Notes: generated by a model from the sequence alone, not told the origin. A DNA stretch of 64,000 nucleotides from Octopus vulgaris (GCA_951406725.2 OX597817.1:89032001-89096000), one strand, 5' to 3'. Shown: positions 39,110 through 50,546, counted from the first letter of the stretch. A program made the numbers and translations.

Positions 39110-39310
39110 CAGGTTAGGGTTTAAAGTCAGGATTAGGGTTAGGGCTTAAGGTAAGGGTTATGATTAAGAATTAAGGTTAAGGTTAAGCTTTATGATTTAG
39201 GGTTAGGGTTAGGTTAGAATTAAGTTAGGGTTAGAGTAAGGATTAGGATTAGGGTTTAGAGTTATGGTTAAGGATTAGGAGTAAGAGTCAAGTTTAGGTT
39301 CAGGGTTAGA
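39110..39310 (+). repeat. Degenerate interstitial (TTAGGG)n tract
   Basis: About 33 hexamers of TTAGGG, TTAAGG, TTAGGA and TTAGAG type. Confidence 0.85.
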
Positions 39311-39758
39311 ATGCACACTAAAGTGCAAACGGCCAGGTAGACTGCACGCTTATGTGACAACCTAAAATCTTTATACCGCCGCACATATATTTCGGCATAT
39401 TGCACTTTCTTCACAATATGTCCTCGTCCTTTTATCTAGATAACTGATTTTATGAATTCGTTTTGTTTATGGTAAACGGATTTGAAATATCAACTTTATA
39501 TTATTTCACTGGTAACATTAAGCATTTGCTCGAAATTACCAGAAGTCAACAGGTTGCTGTAAACGTTTTGGAGTGAAACTTAATGCGGAATGATTAAATA
39601 TCACAAATATAAGAACGTATCTCAGCGATCTCTTTATGAGTGAGTCATTTAAAAAAAATATATGATGCATGCAAGAAATAACACTACAAACACTCGCGCT
39701 CGTGGCGCGCACAAACATATATGTAGGCATATATACATCAATGTGTGTGTGCGAGTGC

Positions 39759-39798
<40 letters not shown>

Positions 39799-39894
39799 AT
39801 TGTACATCGTATTAGTTTGGAAAACGTATATACACTTCAACTAATTCCTATGGTTAGTTACCAGTAACGTTGCTAACGCACACACCTTACTCCC

Positions 39895-40788
39895 ACCATG
39901 GCCGCCGCCGCCGCTGCCGCCGCTGCCGCCACCACCACTACAACCACCACCACCACCACCACCACCACCACCACCACCACCACCACCACCACCACCACCA
40001 CCACCACCGCCACCACCACCACCAATACATTTGCCACTACCATCGCTTCCAATCAACTACACTGTGCCCTCGTTTCCCATCAAATTCCACTACCACGAGT
40101 AAACACTGTAACAACTACGGTGCAGCATCTACCACCACCCCTACCACTATCACGGCTGTCGCCCCCACCCAACCCCGCTACCACGTGAGAAATTCTAGAA
40201 GGAATTCTTTCAAAAACCTGTCAGATATTCGAACATTAGTCGGCGTCAATTGACGTTGTTGTTATTGTTGACTGATGTCGATACTGATCTTGCTGTTTTT
40301 TTGTTTTTGTTTTTATGGTTGGTAATGATGGATAATAACGACAACGACGACAACGATAAAGATGACGGCGGTGGCGGCGGCGGCGGCTGAGGTAGTGGTG
40401 GTGTTGGGGTGGTGGGGGTTGACGATATTGATAATGATGACGAATATACTAATGATGGTGATGAAGATTATAACGATGATGATAATGCTGCTGCTGCTGA
40501 TGATGATGATGACGATGGAAGTAATGAAGATACTGCTGATGGTTATGGACATGATCATGATGTTTATGAGGACGAAGATGACCATGTTGTTGGTTTCGAT
40601 TAAGTCTATTATAATGGTCGTGATGGCGATGGTGGTGGTGGTGGTAGTAATGACGACGAGGACGACGACGACGACGACAATGATGATGATAATGACGATA
40701 TTAGTGATTATGGTGATGACGTTGGGGATTATAATCATGACAAAAACAATATTAGTGATGAAAATGATTAAAATATTGATAATGTTAG

Positions 40789-40820
<32 letters not shown>

Positions 40821-40880
40821 GTGATGGTTGTTGTTGTTGTGGTGGTGGTGGTGTAAGTGGTGGTAGTGATAATGATTGTG
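39895..40880. repeat. Compound trinucleotide low-complexity region (GCC/ACC, GAT/GGT)
   Basis: Mixed triplet runs; similar tracts at 17450-17820, 32025-32310, 46760-47040 and 55670-55910. Confidence 0.9.
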
Positions 40881-41085
40881 GTGTTGGCGGAGTGTTTCCC
40901 CTTTGATTCAATCCGATCCTGACAGCCAATATTTACTCCAGCTGATCGCGTTTGCTTTTCAATAAAGAACATTTTGAGGAAAATTACTTTGCCAATTCCA
41001 TGTGAGCAATCATTCTTGCCCTCCTATTGTTACCTTAAAAAAGGTATTGAACGTTCCCAGCAACCAATAATACACACACATACAC

Positions 41086-41145
<60 letters not shown>

Positions 41146-41904
41146 GCATACATATAGACATATACAAGCAGGCGTACACATATGCACACTTTACCTATGT
41201 ATATATGTGTGTAATACGTTGACATGTATACATATATACGTGTGTGTGTATGCGTGTGTGTGTTTGTGTGTCTTTGTGTCTGCGGTTGTTCCCTACCCCA
41301 TTACTTGACAACGGCGTTGGTGTTTTTACGTACCTGCAAATTAACGGTTCGGCAAAAGAGAATGATAGAATAAGTACCAGTCATTAAAAGGTATGTATAT
41401 ATATATATATATATTAACATCTAATGTAGGATAAAAGTTTTCGAAAAAAATTGTATCAATGGCCAGCATATTAAAAAATGCCTTTAAAGGTATACCCATG
41501 GAAGAAACTACACTAAGTCACGAGCACAATTAAGTACCCCAAATATATTCAAAATAGAAACTCTCCAGCCCATCTCGAGACACGTGCAATTCGAACTATC
41601 AACTCTCGTAAAGTGAGAGAGTCCGGAAGTGAATACTATTAAATTAACATCTAATGTAGGATTAAATTTTCCGAAAAAAATTCTATCAATGGCCAGCATA
41701 TTAAAAAATATCTTTAAAGGTTAAATTTATAAATAATTTATAAGTAAGGGCAAGAGTAAAATTTTCTAATGCCAAAATATGCCGAAAAAAAGACACAACG
41801 TCAATAACCAATTAATTTATCACTACAGGCACGCTTTTCGAAGAAAGCCGATAAAAATTTCTAAAAAATCCCGTTATTACCATATCGGACCCGATTTCAG
41901 AGAT

Positions 41905-43095
41905 AGTTCATATCTCATCGGTAGATAATACCGTGATGACATTTTCTAACAACTGCCTATGATGTGAGTGATATCTTCAGTTACCAGTAGTTACCAGTAA
42001 CGTTGCTAACGCACACACCTTACTCCCACCATGGCCGCATAGTCTGCATCGGTCGTCAAATATCACGGCTTTTTCTGCATCTCTATCCCTTTTGTGCATC
42101 AGGTACTTGGTTGATATTTCCTGTTCCCGGATTGCAAACGCCTACTCTTCAAAGTGGGAAGTAGTAATCCGGCTGTTCGTCCATAATAAACTGCTTTGAT
42201 GATCAATGTTACTATCATCACGGAGCTTTCTACAAACATATCCATACATAGTCTTCTGCTCATATAGGCTCATCCTTTTATCTGATGATATGTTACGGTA
42301 GATTCATGCGACTTCTTTGGGCATGTATTCTAGGTTATCAGACACAGAGTGTTGCTCAAGGAGCTGCCTTCCAAGTCTTATGATGTTATCAGCCTCATGT
42401 ATACAAACCTGGTCAGAGATGCTTGGTGGTTAAAAGATGTTTCCGAAGGGCAACAGTCAAAGGCATTTTGGACCGATGTTAAGCCTCTACCACCTTGTTT
42501 TCATTTTAGGTAGAAGCGGTCTACGTCACTGTTTATGTGGAAATTATGTGTGCTTGTTGGTATTTTTCGGGTTTTCACATCAATGGCTCAGATCTTGGTA
42601 TGAGTACTGGCACTGCAAATACATTGTGGGCCACTGTTTTATTGAATACAGAGTTCTGAGGTTCAAATTTTCTTTATTCGGCTGTAATATTCTTTAGTGA
42701 CATGTATTTTGTTACAGTTGCCATTGTAAGATATAGTTTCATCCACCCCTAGATACCTGTAACATTCCTCGTCAGATAAAGGGAAAACTGTCAAATCATT
42801 AATGGAGATGTTACTAGTCTGGTTTATAGTTTCCCCCTTTTCAGAACCATATAACAACATTTATCCTGACCAAACTCCAACCCTACATCCCTTGAGAATG
42901 TTGTAACTAGGTCAAAACTCTTTTCCATCTCATGCATTTTCTTTGCATAAAGTTTTAAGTCATCCACAAGGAAACAGTGTGAAATTTTGGTATTTCTGTT
43001 TCTTTGAGAACCAGTGAGATATCCTTCAGACTTCCTGAACAAGAATAACAAAATGTTTACAGAAAGTATAAACAACATCATAGAGAGGGTGTATC
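41905..43095 (-). pseudogene. Degraded R4/Dong-like (restriction-like endonuclease) LINE
   Basis: ISHCFLVDDLKLYAK...VTTFSRDVGLEFGQDKC, YRYLGV, FAIREQEISTKY, and CRLC..EDITHIIGSC*KMSSRYYLPMRY (CCHC knuckle followed by the RH-like motif). Confidence 0.8.
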
Positions 43096-43441
43096 CTTGG
43101 AATATGCTTTTGCGATATTGTATTTAATGTATGTATGTATGTATGTATGTATGTATGTATGTATGTATGTATTTACGTGTATTTATATGTGTGTTTGTGT
43201 GTGCATGTATGTGTATGTATGTATTATGTATGTATTTATGTATGTACGTATGTACGTACGTATGTATGTATGTATGTATGTATGTATGTATGTATGTATG
43301 TATGTATGTATGTATGTATGTATGTGTGTATGTGTATTTATGTATGTATGTATATATGTATATGTCGCTTTTGAGTGCTACTGGTAACATGTAATTCAGT
43401 ACAACTTGTTGCATGGTCCAGTCGTTGGCGCCTAAATTTGG

Positions 43442-43538
<97 letters not shown>

Positions 43539-43713
43539 GCTAGCTAGCTAGCTACATATGTATGTATGTACGCTTGTGTGTGTGTGTGAAAAGGTTGAAT
43601 TATATTTCATCCTTTAATTTGGAGGGTTCCAAAAATGCGATTTCTAATAAATATTCTTCATAGTTTGCTAGTAGCTTACTGGTGTAAGTTTGGGAATGTG
43701 AAAATAATACTTG

Positions 43714-43901
43714 TATATGGTGTATTAAGTGAATTTATGGAAAGGTATCCCATAGAACTCAACAAATTTGTTAAAAATGGAGATGTTAAAATTTCAAAGA
43801 ATTTTAAATAGTTTCAAATTTTAACATCTCTTCTTCATTTTTAACAAATTTGTTGAGTTCTATGGGATACCTTTCCATAAATTTTCATAACACACCATAT
43901 A
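43714..43901. repeat. Inverted repeat, about 80-bp arms
   Basis: AATTTATGGAAAGGTATCCCATAGAACTCAACAAATTTGTTAAAAATG is mirrored at 43836-43883. Confidence 0.92.
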
Positions 43902-44053
43902 TGTATATATATATATTTATATATACATACATATATGTATATTTCTGTATGTATGTATGTATGTATGTATGTATGTATGTATGTATGTATGTATGTATGT
44001 ATGTATGTATGTATGTATGAATATGTATACATAGGTATATATGCATACATACA

Positions 44054-44134
<81 letters not shown>

Positions 44135-44139
<5 letters not shown>

Positions 44140-44358
44140 ATCCAAACAAGAAAACACAAAAAACCAAAAAAAAACACAGCAACGCGAGGACGTGGAACAA
44201 ATAAAGTATTATTGGACGCTCAGGAAAGAAGGGAAGAAGGAGGGTTTAACGTTTCGGGCGGAGCTCTTCGTCGGAAACATAGGAGAAGGAAAGATCCCGA
44301 GAAGGGAAGACAGAGGGAAAAAATCGCCAGCGGTACTCACGAGATCACATATTGAAAG
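44135..44358 (-). mobile_element. 5'-truncated 3' terminus of the PLE family at 1-3717, between (TA)n tracts
   Basis: Minus strand TATGTTTCCGACGAAGAGCTCCGCCCGAAACGTTAAAC...TTTCCTGAGCGTCCAATAATACT...TTGTTCCA...GTTTGGATTAAC aligns with 3589-3715. Confidence 0.85.
44244..44278 (-). ncRNA. Minimal PLE-type hammerhead (paralogue of 3592-3626)
   Basis: GUUU-CCGACGA-A-GAGC-UCC-GCCC-GAAAC-GUU-AAAC; perfect stem I, one mismatch in stem II. Confidence 0.75.
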
Positions 44359-44749
44359 CTATATATATATATATATATATATACACTTTTTTTATCGGAA
44401 GGGAGGCAATGCGAGTAACAACCACAGGAACATCACAAAATCCGCAGAAAGACCAAACACATACAAATCTTCATATACTCATTTATATCTATAAAGCCCG
44501 ACATTTAGAAATTTAAACATTTAGTAATATATAAATATATCATATAAAAATATAAATTTTGCATATTTACGCTTAAAACATTTAGTATAAATTTGTTACT
44601 ATAAGAGAAATAAATATAATAATAATAAATAAAAATAAAGCATACAAAGGCATATTAAAAGACGAATTAAAATTCTAGCGAAATGTACATAGAAGATAAT
44701 AATTATACAAGTTTACAAAAATATAAGTTTACAAAGATACACAGAAGTC

Positions 44750-44831
44750 CATCTACGAGCCGTTTCGGAGACGCGCCAATTAATATTAGACATATCATAT
44801 ACTTAAAATTGGCACTCACCTCATCAGGATG
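44750..44831 (-). ncRNA. Canonical type I hammerhead ribozyme
   Basis: Minus strand CAUC-CUGAUGA-GGUGAGUGCCAAUU...AAUUGGCGCGUCUCC-GAAAC-GGCUC-GUA-GAUG: consensus core, G10.1-C11.1 pair, perfect stem I. Confidence 0.9.
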
Positions 44832-44931
44832 TCCTATACATACAACACACAGTAAACGTGAACAAATGCACAATCACATACCGGCCATATTCAGAACCGA
44901 GACATTACGTACTCCCAGAAATTTCTGATTT

Positions 44932-45202
44932 CAGATAGAAAACGATGAAGGGGAGAAAAAAGAATTAGAGAAAGGACGAGAGAGAAAACGAGGGGGGGGG
45001 CAGTAAAGGGTGCAGTCGCATCAAAAATATTAAGATGAACTTTGGACGCAACGTATCCATTTCCTACTAAGTTTATCTTAATATTTTTGATGCGACTGTA
45101 CCTATTACTGTTCTTTCTCTGTCTCTCTCGCTCTCTCCTCCTTTCGTTTTCTCTCTCGTCCTTTCTCTAATCCTTTTTCTCCCCTTCATCGTTTTCCATC
45201 TG
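44932..45202. repeat. Inverted repeat at the 5' side of the element carrying copy C
   Basis: GAAAACGATGAAGGGGAGAAAAA...CAGTCGCATCAAAAATATTAAGATGAACTT is mirrored at 45069-45202. Confidence 0.9.
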
Positions 45203-45496
45203 TCTGAGTGTCTGTCTCTCTCTCTGTTTCTCTTCCTCTTTTACTCTCTCTCGTTGCTCATACGTGACCATCGTCCTTCTTTGTTTTCCTCATGTGATCA
45301 TCTTTCTTCTCCTTCAGTTCTGTCGTACAGACTGCGCGTATTCCTATCTATCTCCTCTTCTATCTTTTCTTTTGTCAAAGACAATATTTCTCCAGTGTTC
45401 ACTACTTTACTTCGTCTGGTCTGTCGATCCTCCATGTTTGTTTTCGTTAAATTTCCTTGTATGTCTCCACTGCCCTGTTTTTGTTACCAACTTTGA

Positions 45497-45613
45497 CCCT
45501 CCTCAAACCCCAAATTTTATTTTGGCTTGCGGGAGCAACTGCCTTCAAAGTCTTATGTTGTCGTTCAATGCTCGAAATAAGGTGTAGAAGGACAGCAGAC
45601 AACTGATGAAGGG
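45497..45613 (+). ncRNA. Re-ordered hammerhead-like RNA, copy C
   Basis: CCCU|CCUCAA..UUGCGG|GAGCA ... CUUAU-G-UUGUC ... UGCUC-GAAAUAAG ... GACAA-CUGAUGA-AGGG. Position 17 is G, which is normally not cleavable. Confidence 0.72.
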
Positions 45614-45770
45614 CCGTTTTTTTAAAGTTACTTGTCTTGTTTCCCATTTGCTTCTCGTTGTTTGCGTGCACAAAGGTTAGGAGGAGTTTTCGTCGGGCTA
45701 CCCAAGCTTATAGATATGTCCCACTTGGATATAAGGAACCAAAACAACTATCATTGATACGGAACTTTCT

Positions 45771-45853
45771 TCCACTATCTAACCTATATGTCTCCGTTGG
45801 CGGAGATATATAGGTTAGATTGGTGGGATATCCCAGAAACAGCTGTCAGAGAC
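45771..45853 (+). ncRNA. 3' half of a hammerhead (long stem II, GAAAC-AGCU-GUC); CUGANGA lost
   Basis: 20-bp hairpin 45777-45796/45801-45820, then UAUCCCA-GAAAC-AGCU-GUC-AGAGAC, resembling the motif at 21105-21195. Confidence 0.6.
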
Positions 45854-46106
45854 TATTTTTACCATTCGTTATGTAGCTAAATTAAATTAAATTTTATATA
45901 TAACAAGAGTAAACAGGAGGGATGGTAAAATAGGACCACTAAAAAAAAGTTGTTATTGTATACAATTTTGTTTGGTTAAAAGGGATCTTTAGTAGAAAAA
46001 ATATATTAACTAACCAGGATCCGGTTTGCGCTGACGTTCGGCTTAGCAAAGTTGTGGGTAGTTTTTCCATATGTAAAAAACCCTATAAATATATATATAT
46101 ATATGT

Positions 46107-46202
<96 letters not shown>

Positions 46203-47335
46203 GCGTGCGTGTGTGTATATATATAGTTCAAATTTACAGAAAACAAAAGACGGAAACAGGTGAGTGAACAACAAGCAAGTGTATTAGTTTGACGCTCCGG
46301 AGGAATGGAAAAGTCTTTGACGTTTCGAGCCTATGTATGTATGTATGTATGCATTATAAATAAATAAATATATATATATATATTCACACAACCAATAAAG
46401 AGAGTGATGTAGACGAAGAGCTATTCATGGACGGATAGCTGAAGAGACTGATTTATTAATAAATAATGAGAGACAGATGATTTGTTGGTAAGACTGAGAA
46501 ATATGTGTATGCACCTACGTGTGTTAGATAAGCGTATACAAATGTCGGTGCGTGCTTTCGCATGTGTGTGCATGTGTGTGTCGAAAATATAGGCACATAC
46601 ACAAGCACACTATATTGATTTTTGGAATAAATCGGTTGGGAGGCGGGGTGGAGTGTCGGCAAAGGTCAAGAACAGTGAAAGGTCAAGTAACAGAGATCAC
46701 ACACTAGAGAAGTGGACTTGGAAATCAAACGTTACGGGATCAAATCACTTTAAGTATATTGCTGTTGTTGCTATTGTTTTTGCTGTTGCTGTTGTTGTTA
46801 CTGTTGTTCTGTTATTACTTTTGTTGTTATTGCTGTTGTTTCTTTTCTTTTTTATTTGACGTTGTCTTATAGTCATTATTGTTGATGTTGTTGCTATCGT
46901 TGTGGTTGTTGGTGTCGTTGTTGTTGCTGTTGCTGCTGCTTCTGTTGTTATTCTTACTGATGATGTTGTTGTTGTTGTTGCTGTAGTTCTAGTTCTGTTG
47001 TTGCTCTTGTTGCTATCTTCGTTGCTATCGTTATAGCTGTTGCTAACGCCGTTAGCCACAACAGCGTTGAACAAGCAGATATATCATCAAAAGTGTTCCA
47101 TCCATGATTATCCAATTTATTCACAGTCTATCCAATGTTACATTCCTTCTCTTAAAGTTGGTAGGAGATATTTTAGGTATCATTGATTGCTATTTCTAGC
47201 ATATCAAGTGACCACGTAGAGGTTCTCTAATCTGATTGTTATTGTTTCAGTCTTTGCAGCTGTTATTGTTCCAACTGTTGTAATAGTAGTTATTGTGATG
47301 TTGCCCTTCATGTTGACTTGTTTCTGTTGTGAAGT

Positions 47336-47392
<57 letters not shown>

Positions 47393-47418
47393 TACATATA
47401 TATATGTATGTATGTATA

Positions 47419-47450
<32 letters not shown>

Positions 47451-47451
47451 G

Positions 47452-47507
<56 letters not shown>

Positions 47508-47566
47508 TGCTATTAAGTTAGACATGGCCTGGGCCAATAATGGCCGAAACCTATCAAAGTATCAAA

Positions 47567-47643
<77 letters not shown>

Positions 47644-47848
47644 TGTATGTATAAATATATATTTCCCCAAAACTTGTCGGTTCGGCAAAAGATTCCGATA
47701 GAATAAGAACTAGGCTTAAAAAATAAGACTTGGAGTTAATTTGTTCGATTAAAGCCCTTAAAGGCAGTGCTCCAGCATGTCCACAGCCAAATGACTGGAA
47801 TAAATAAAAGAATGACAGAATAAAATAATATGTATGCATATATGTATA

Positions 47849-47903
<55 letters not shown>

Positions 47904-48552
47904 AACAAATTAAATATATATATGACAAAATAAATTTAAATGTTGAAGTGAATCTAAAGGTTTTTGAATGTTTCTTAAATGGCTTATAAACACCTTCCAC
48001 GCTGCAATTGCTTTCGTTCCAGCACACGATCTCAGATCAGGTAACTTGCTATGCAAGTACATCTCCGTAATATATATAAATATATATATATATAAATACT
48101 TTATTAATAAAACTGCAAAGCCACGACAAAACCTGTTACTCAGTTTCACGTTCTCGTTTGCGAGGACAGTTTTGATTTAGAATGGAACAAAATATGGTTA
48201 TATACATACGCACATACATACACACATATATATTCTTTTATTCTTTCATTCTTTTACTTGTTCTAGTTATTTGACTGCGGACATGCTGGAGCACCGCTGG
48301 TTGTCCTGCGGTGGCGGGGGCGGGTGGGTGGGAAAAACACAGACACAAAGACACACACATAGGTATATACAAATATATGTATGTGTATATAATCCCTATT
48401 AAATTCTATCAATTGAATACGGATTATATACATAATATATACCTATTGATCTAGGGAAATTTGGTTTCCGAAAATATTAGGTATAGAACCAGTGTTTTTT
48501 GTGATGCAATCATCCCTTTAAGAGGTTAATATATCCTCTAATTAAATACACG

Positions 48553-48598
<46 letters not shown>

Positions 48599-49163
48599 CG
48601 AGGGTAAGTCAAAAAGTAATGCCATTTTGTTTAGGACAGGTATAATTGCCAACAAAGGAACATGTATCAAACATCAAAATGAAGCTGGTGCTCTGTGGAT
48701 CACATCCCTACTTCTCAACATAGTCACCGTTTCTCTCAATAGCAATGTTCCATCTTCGAATGAGAGCATGTATCCCTGCCCCGTAAAAATCTGTTGACTC
48801 TTCTTTGAGCAACTTCTTCACTACAGTTTTCACTTATTCGTCCCTGGAATAATGTTTACCTCTCAAACCCTCTTTCATGGGGCCGAAGAGATGATAGTCC
48901 AGTGACGATGATAGTCTAGTGACGAGGAAGTGAAAACAGTAGTGAAAAAGTGGCTCAAAGAACAGTCAATAGAATTTGACGGGGCAGGGATACATACTCT
49001 CATTCGAAGGTGGAACATTACTATTGAGAGAAACGGTGACTATTTTGAGAAGTAAGGATGTAATTCACAAAGGACCAGCTTCATTTTGATGTATGATACA
49101 TGTTCCTGCGTTGGTAATTATACATGCCTTAAACAAAATGGCATTATTTTTGACTCACCCTCG
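48599..49163. mobile_element. Second copy of the mariner-derived fold-back MITE
   Basis: Same TIRs, arms and central spacer as 21581-22129; TA-flanked; short internal duplication near 48890-48922. Confidence 0.93.
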
Positions 49164-49624
49164 TATATACACACACGACGAGCTTTTTTCAGTTTCCGTC
49201 TACCAAATCCACTTACAAGACTTTGGTCGGCCCGAAGTTATAGTAGAAGACACTTGCCCAAGGTGCTACGCAGCAGGACTGAACCTGGACCCATGTGGTT
49301 GGGAAGCAAGCTTCTTACCATACAGCCTGTTTGTCATGTATCTTTTATCTTTTCCTTTTTTCACTCATTAGACTGCGACCATGGTGGGGCACTCCTTGAA
49401 GAATTTTAGTTGAACAATTACATTTCTTTTAAGCGTGATATCATTTTCTTTTGCCGAACCGCTAAGTTACGGAAACGTAAACACACTAACACCGATTGTT
49501 AAGCGGTAGTGGGTACAAAATGTAACAGACACATGCGCGCGCGCACACACACTATACTTGTTTCAGTCATTAGACCCAGGCCATTATGGAGCACCACCTT
49601 TATGTGTGTGTGTATATATATATA

Positions 49625-50085
49625 TATTCGACATCTTCCTCTCTCGTCGTCCACTATAATCCAGCGTTTGCAATACTTTTTTCGTCTGGCGTTAACAGCC
49701 CTTCTTATCTTGTTCTCCTTGTCCTGTCTCTCACTGTTATATATTTATTTTTCCACTGTTTATATATATATTTTTTACTGTTTATATGTTTGTACTGTCG
49801 TTACCGTCTTGCTTTTTTTACCCCTCTGCGAAAAGATCTCAGAATTTTAATTGATTTGCTTTTCGCAGGAAGGAATTTTTCATTCGAAGTATACGTCTCG
49901 CTTTTATCCTTCGAAACGTTTAGTAGATGAAACTTTAGCGACTGAAGAAGGGGATTTTTCGTTGTGCTTATTGTCCTGTATCTCCTTTTTTTTGCCTGTC
50001 TTGTTCCTTGGTTTGTGTCTATGTTTTTCGTCTCTCTATGTGTTCGACGTCTTTTTGGTGTCCTGTACACATATATGCGTGTATA
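49625..50085 (+). mobile_element. Non-coding element carrying re-ordered hammerhead copy D
   Basis: Homologous to 18400-18830; follows a short (TA)n and ends in TA-rich low-complexity sequence. Confidence 0.75.
49821..49953 (+). ncRNA. Re-ordered hammerhead-like RNA, copy D (best preserved)
   Basis: CCCCU|CUGCGAAAAG..CUUUUCGCAG|GAAGGA ... ACGU-C-UCGCU ... UCCUUC-GAAACGU ... AGCGA-CUGAAGA-AGGGG. All helices Watson-Crick, intact core, GUC site. Confidence 0.82.
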
Positions 50086-50142
50086 TGTACATGTAGAGGT
50101 AGGTACGTACATATATGTTTATATATATGCATATATTTTATT

Positions 50143-50193
<51 letters not shown>

Positions 50194-50456
50194 CTGTCAC
50201 TCGGTCACTGTCCCCTCTCTCTCTTACCCCCTTCTCTCTCTTATCTTGCAACTTGCTGCCTCGTTTCCATCGGCCGCTTGTTCAACATGTCTTATCACCG
50301 AAAAGGTACTTATTTTTCCACGCTGTTGATATTGTTTTTGTGTCTCTCTGTTTGTCTCAAAGCCGTAGGGCGCCTGTGTCATCCATGTTTTTAACAGTTA
50401 CAGTCCCCAAAAAAGATTTTTCGTTTCATATTCGTCTCTGTTGCGTTTCATTCTTT

Positions 50457-50546
50457 CCTTCTGTGGCTGGCGGATTCAGAGCGGATCTCAGAATTAAACA
50501 GCCGAAATCTGCGATGAGGGATCAGTTTCTGACTGAAGAATGAAGG
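50457..50546 (+). ncRNA. Re-ordered hammerhead-like RNA, copy E (no junction hairpin)
   Basis: CCUUCUGU|GGCUG ... GCGGAU-C-UCAGAA ... CAGCC-GAAAUCUGC ... UUCUGA-CUGAAGA-AUGAAGG. Lies in a (TA)n-flanked element at about 50190-50615. Confidence 0.78.

Noticed and set aside
41876-41929. Apparent minus-strand hammerhead CCGAUGA...GAAA-UCGG-GU-CCGA-UA
   Set aside because: The CCGATGA lies in LINE coding sequence (YYLPMRY) and stem II is out of register by 3 nt; probably a chance junction.
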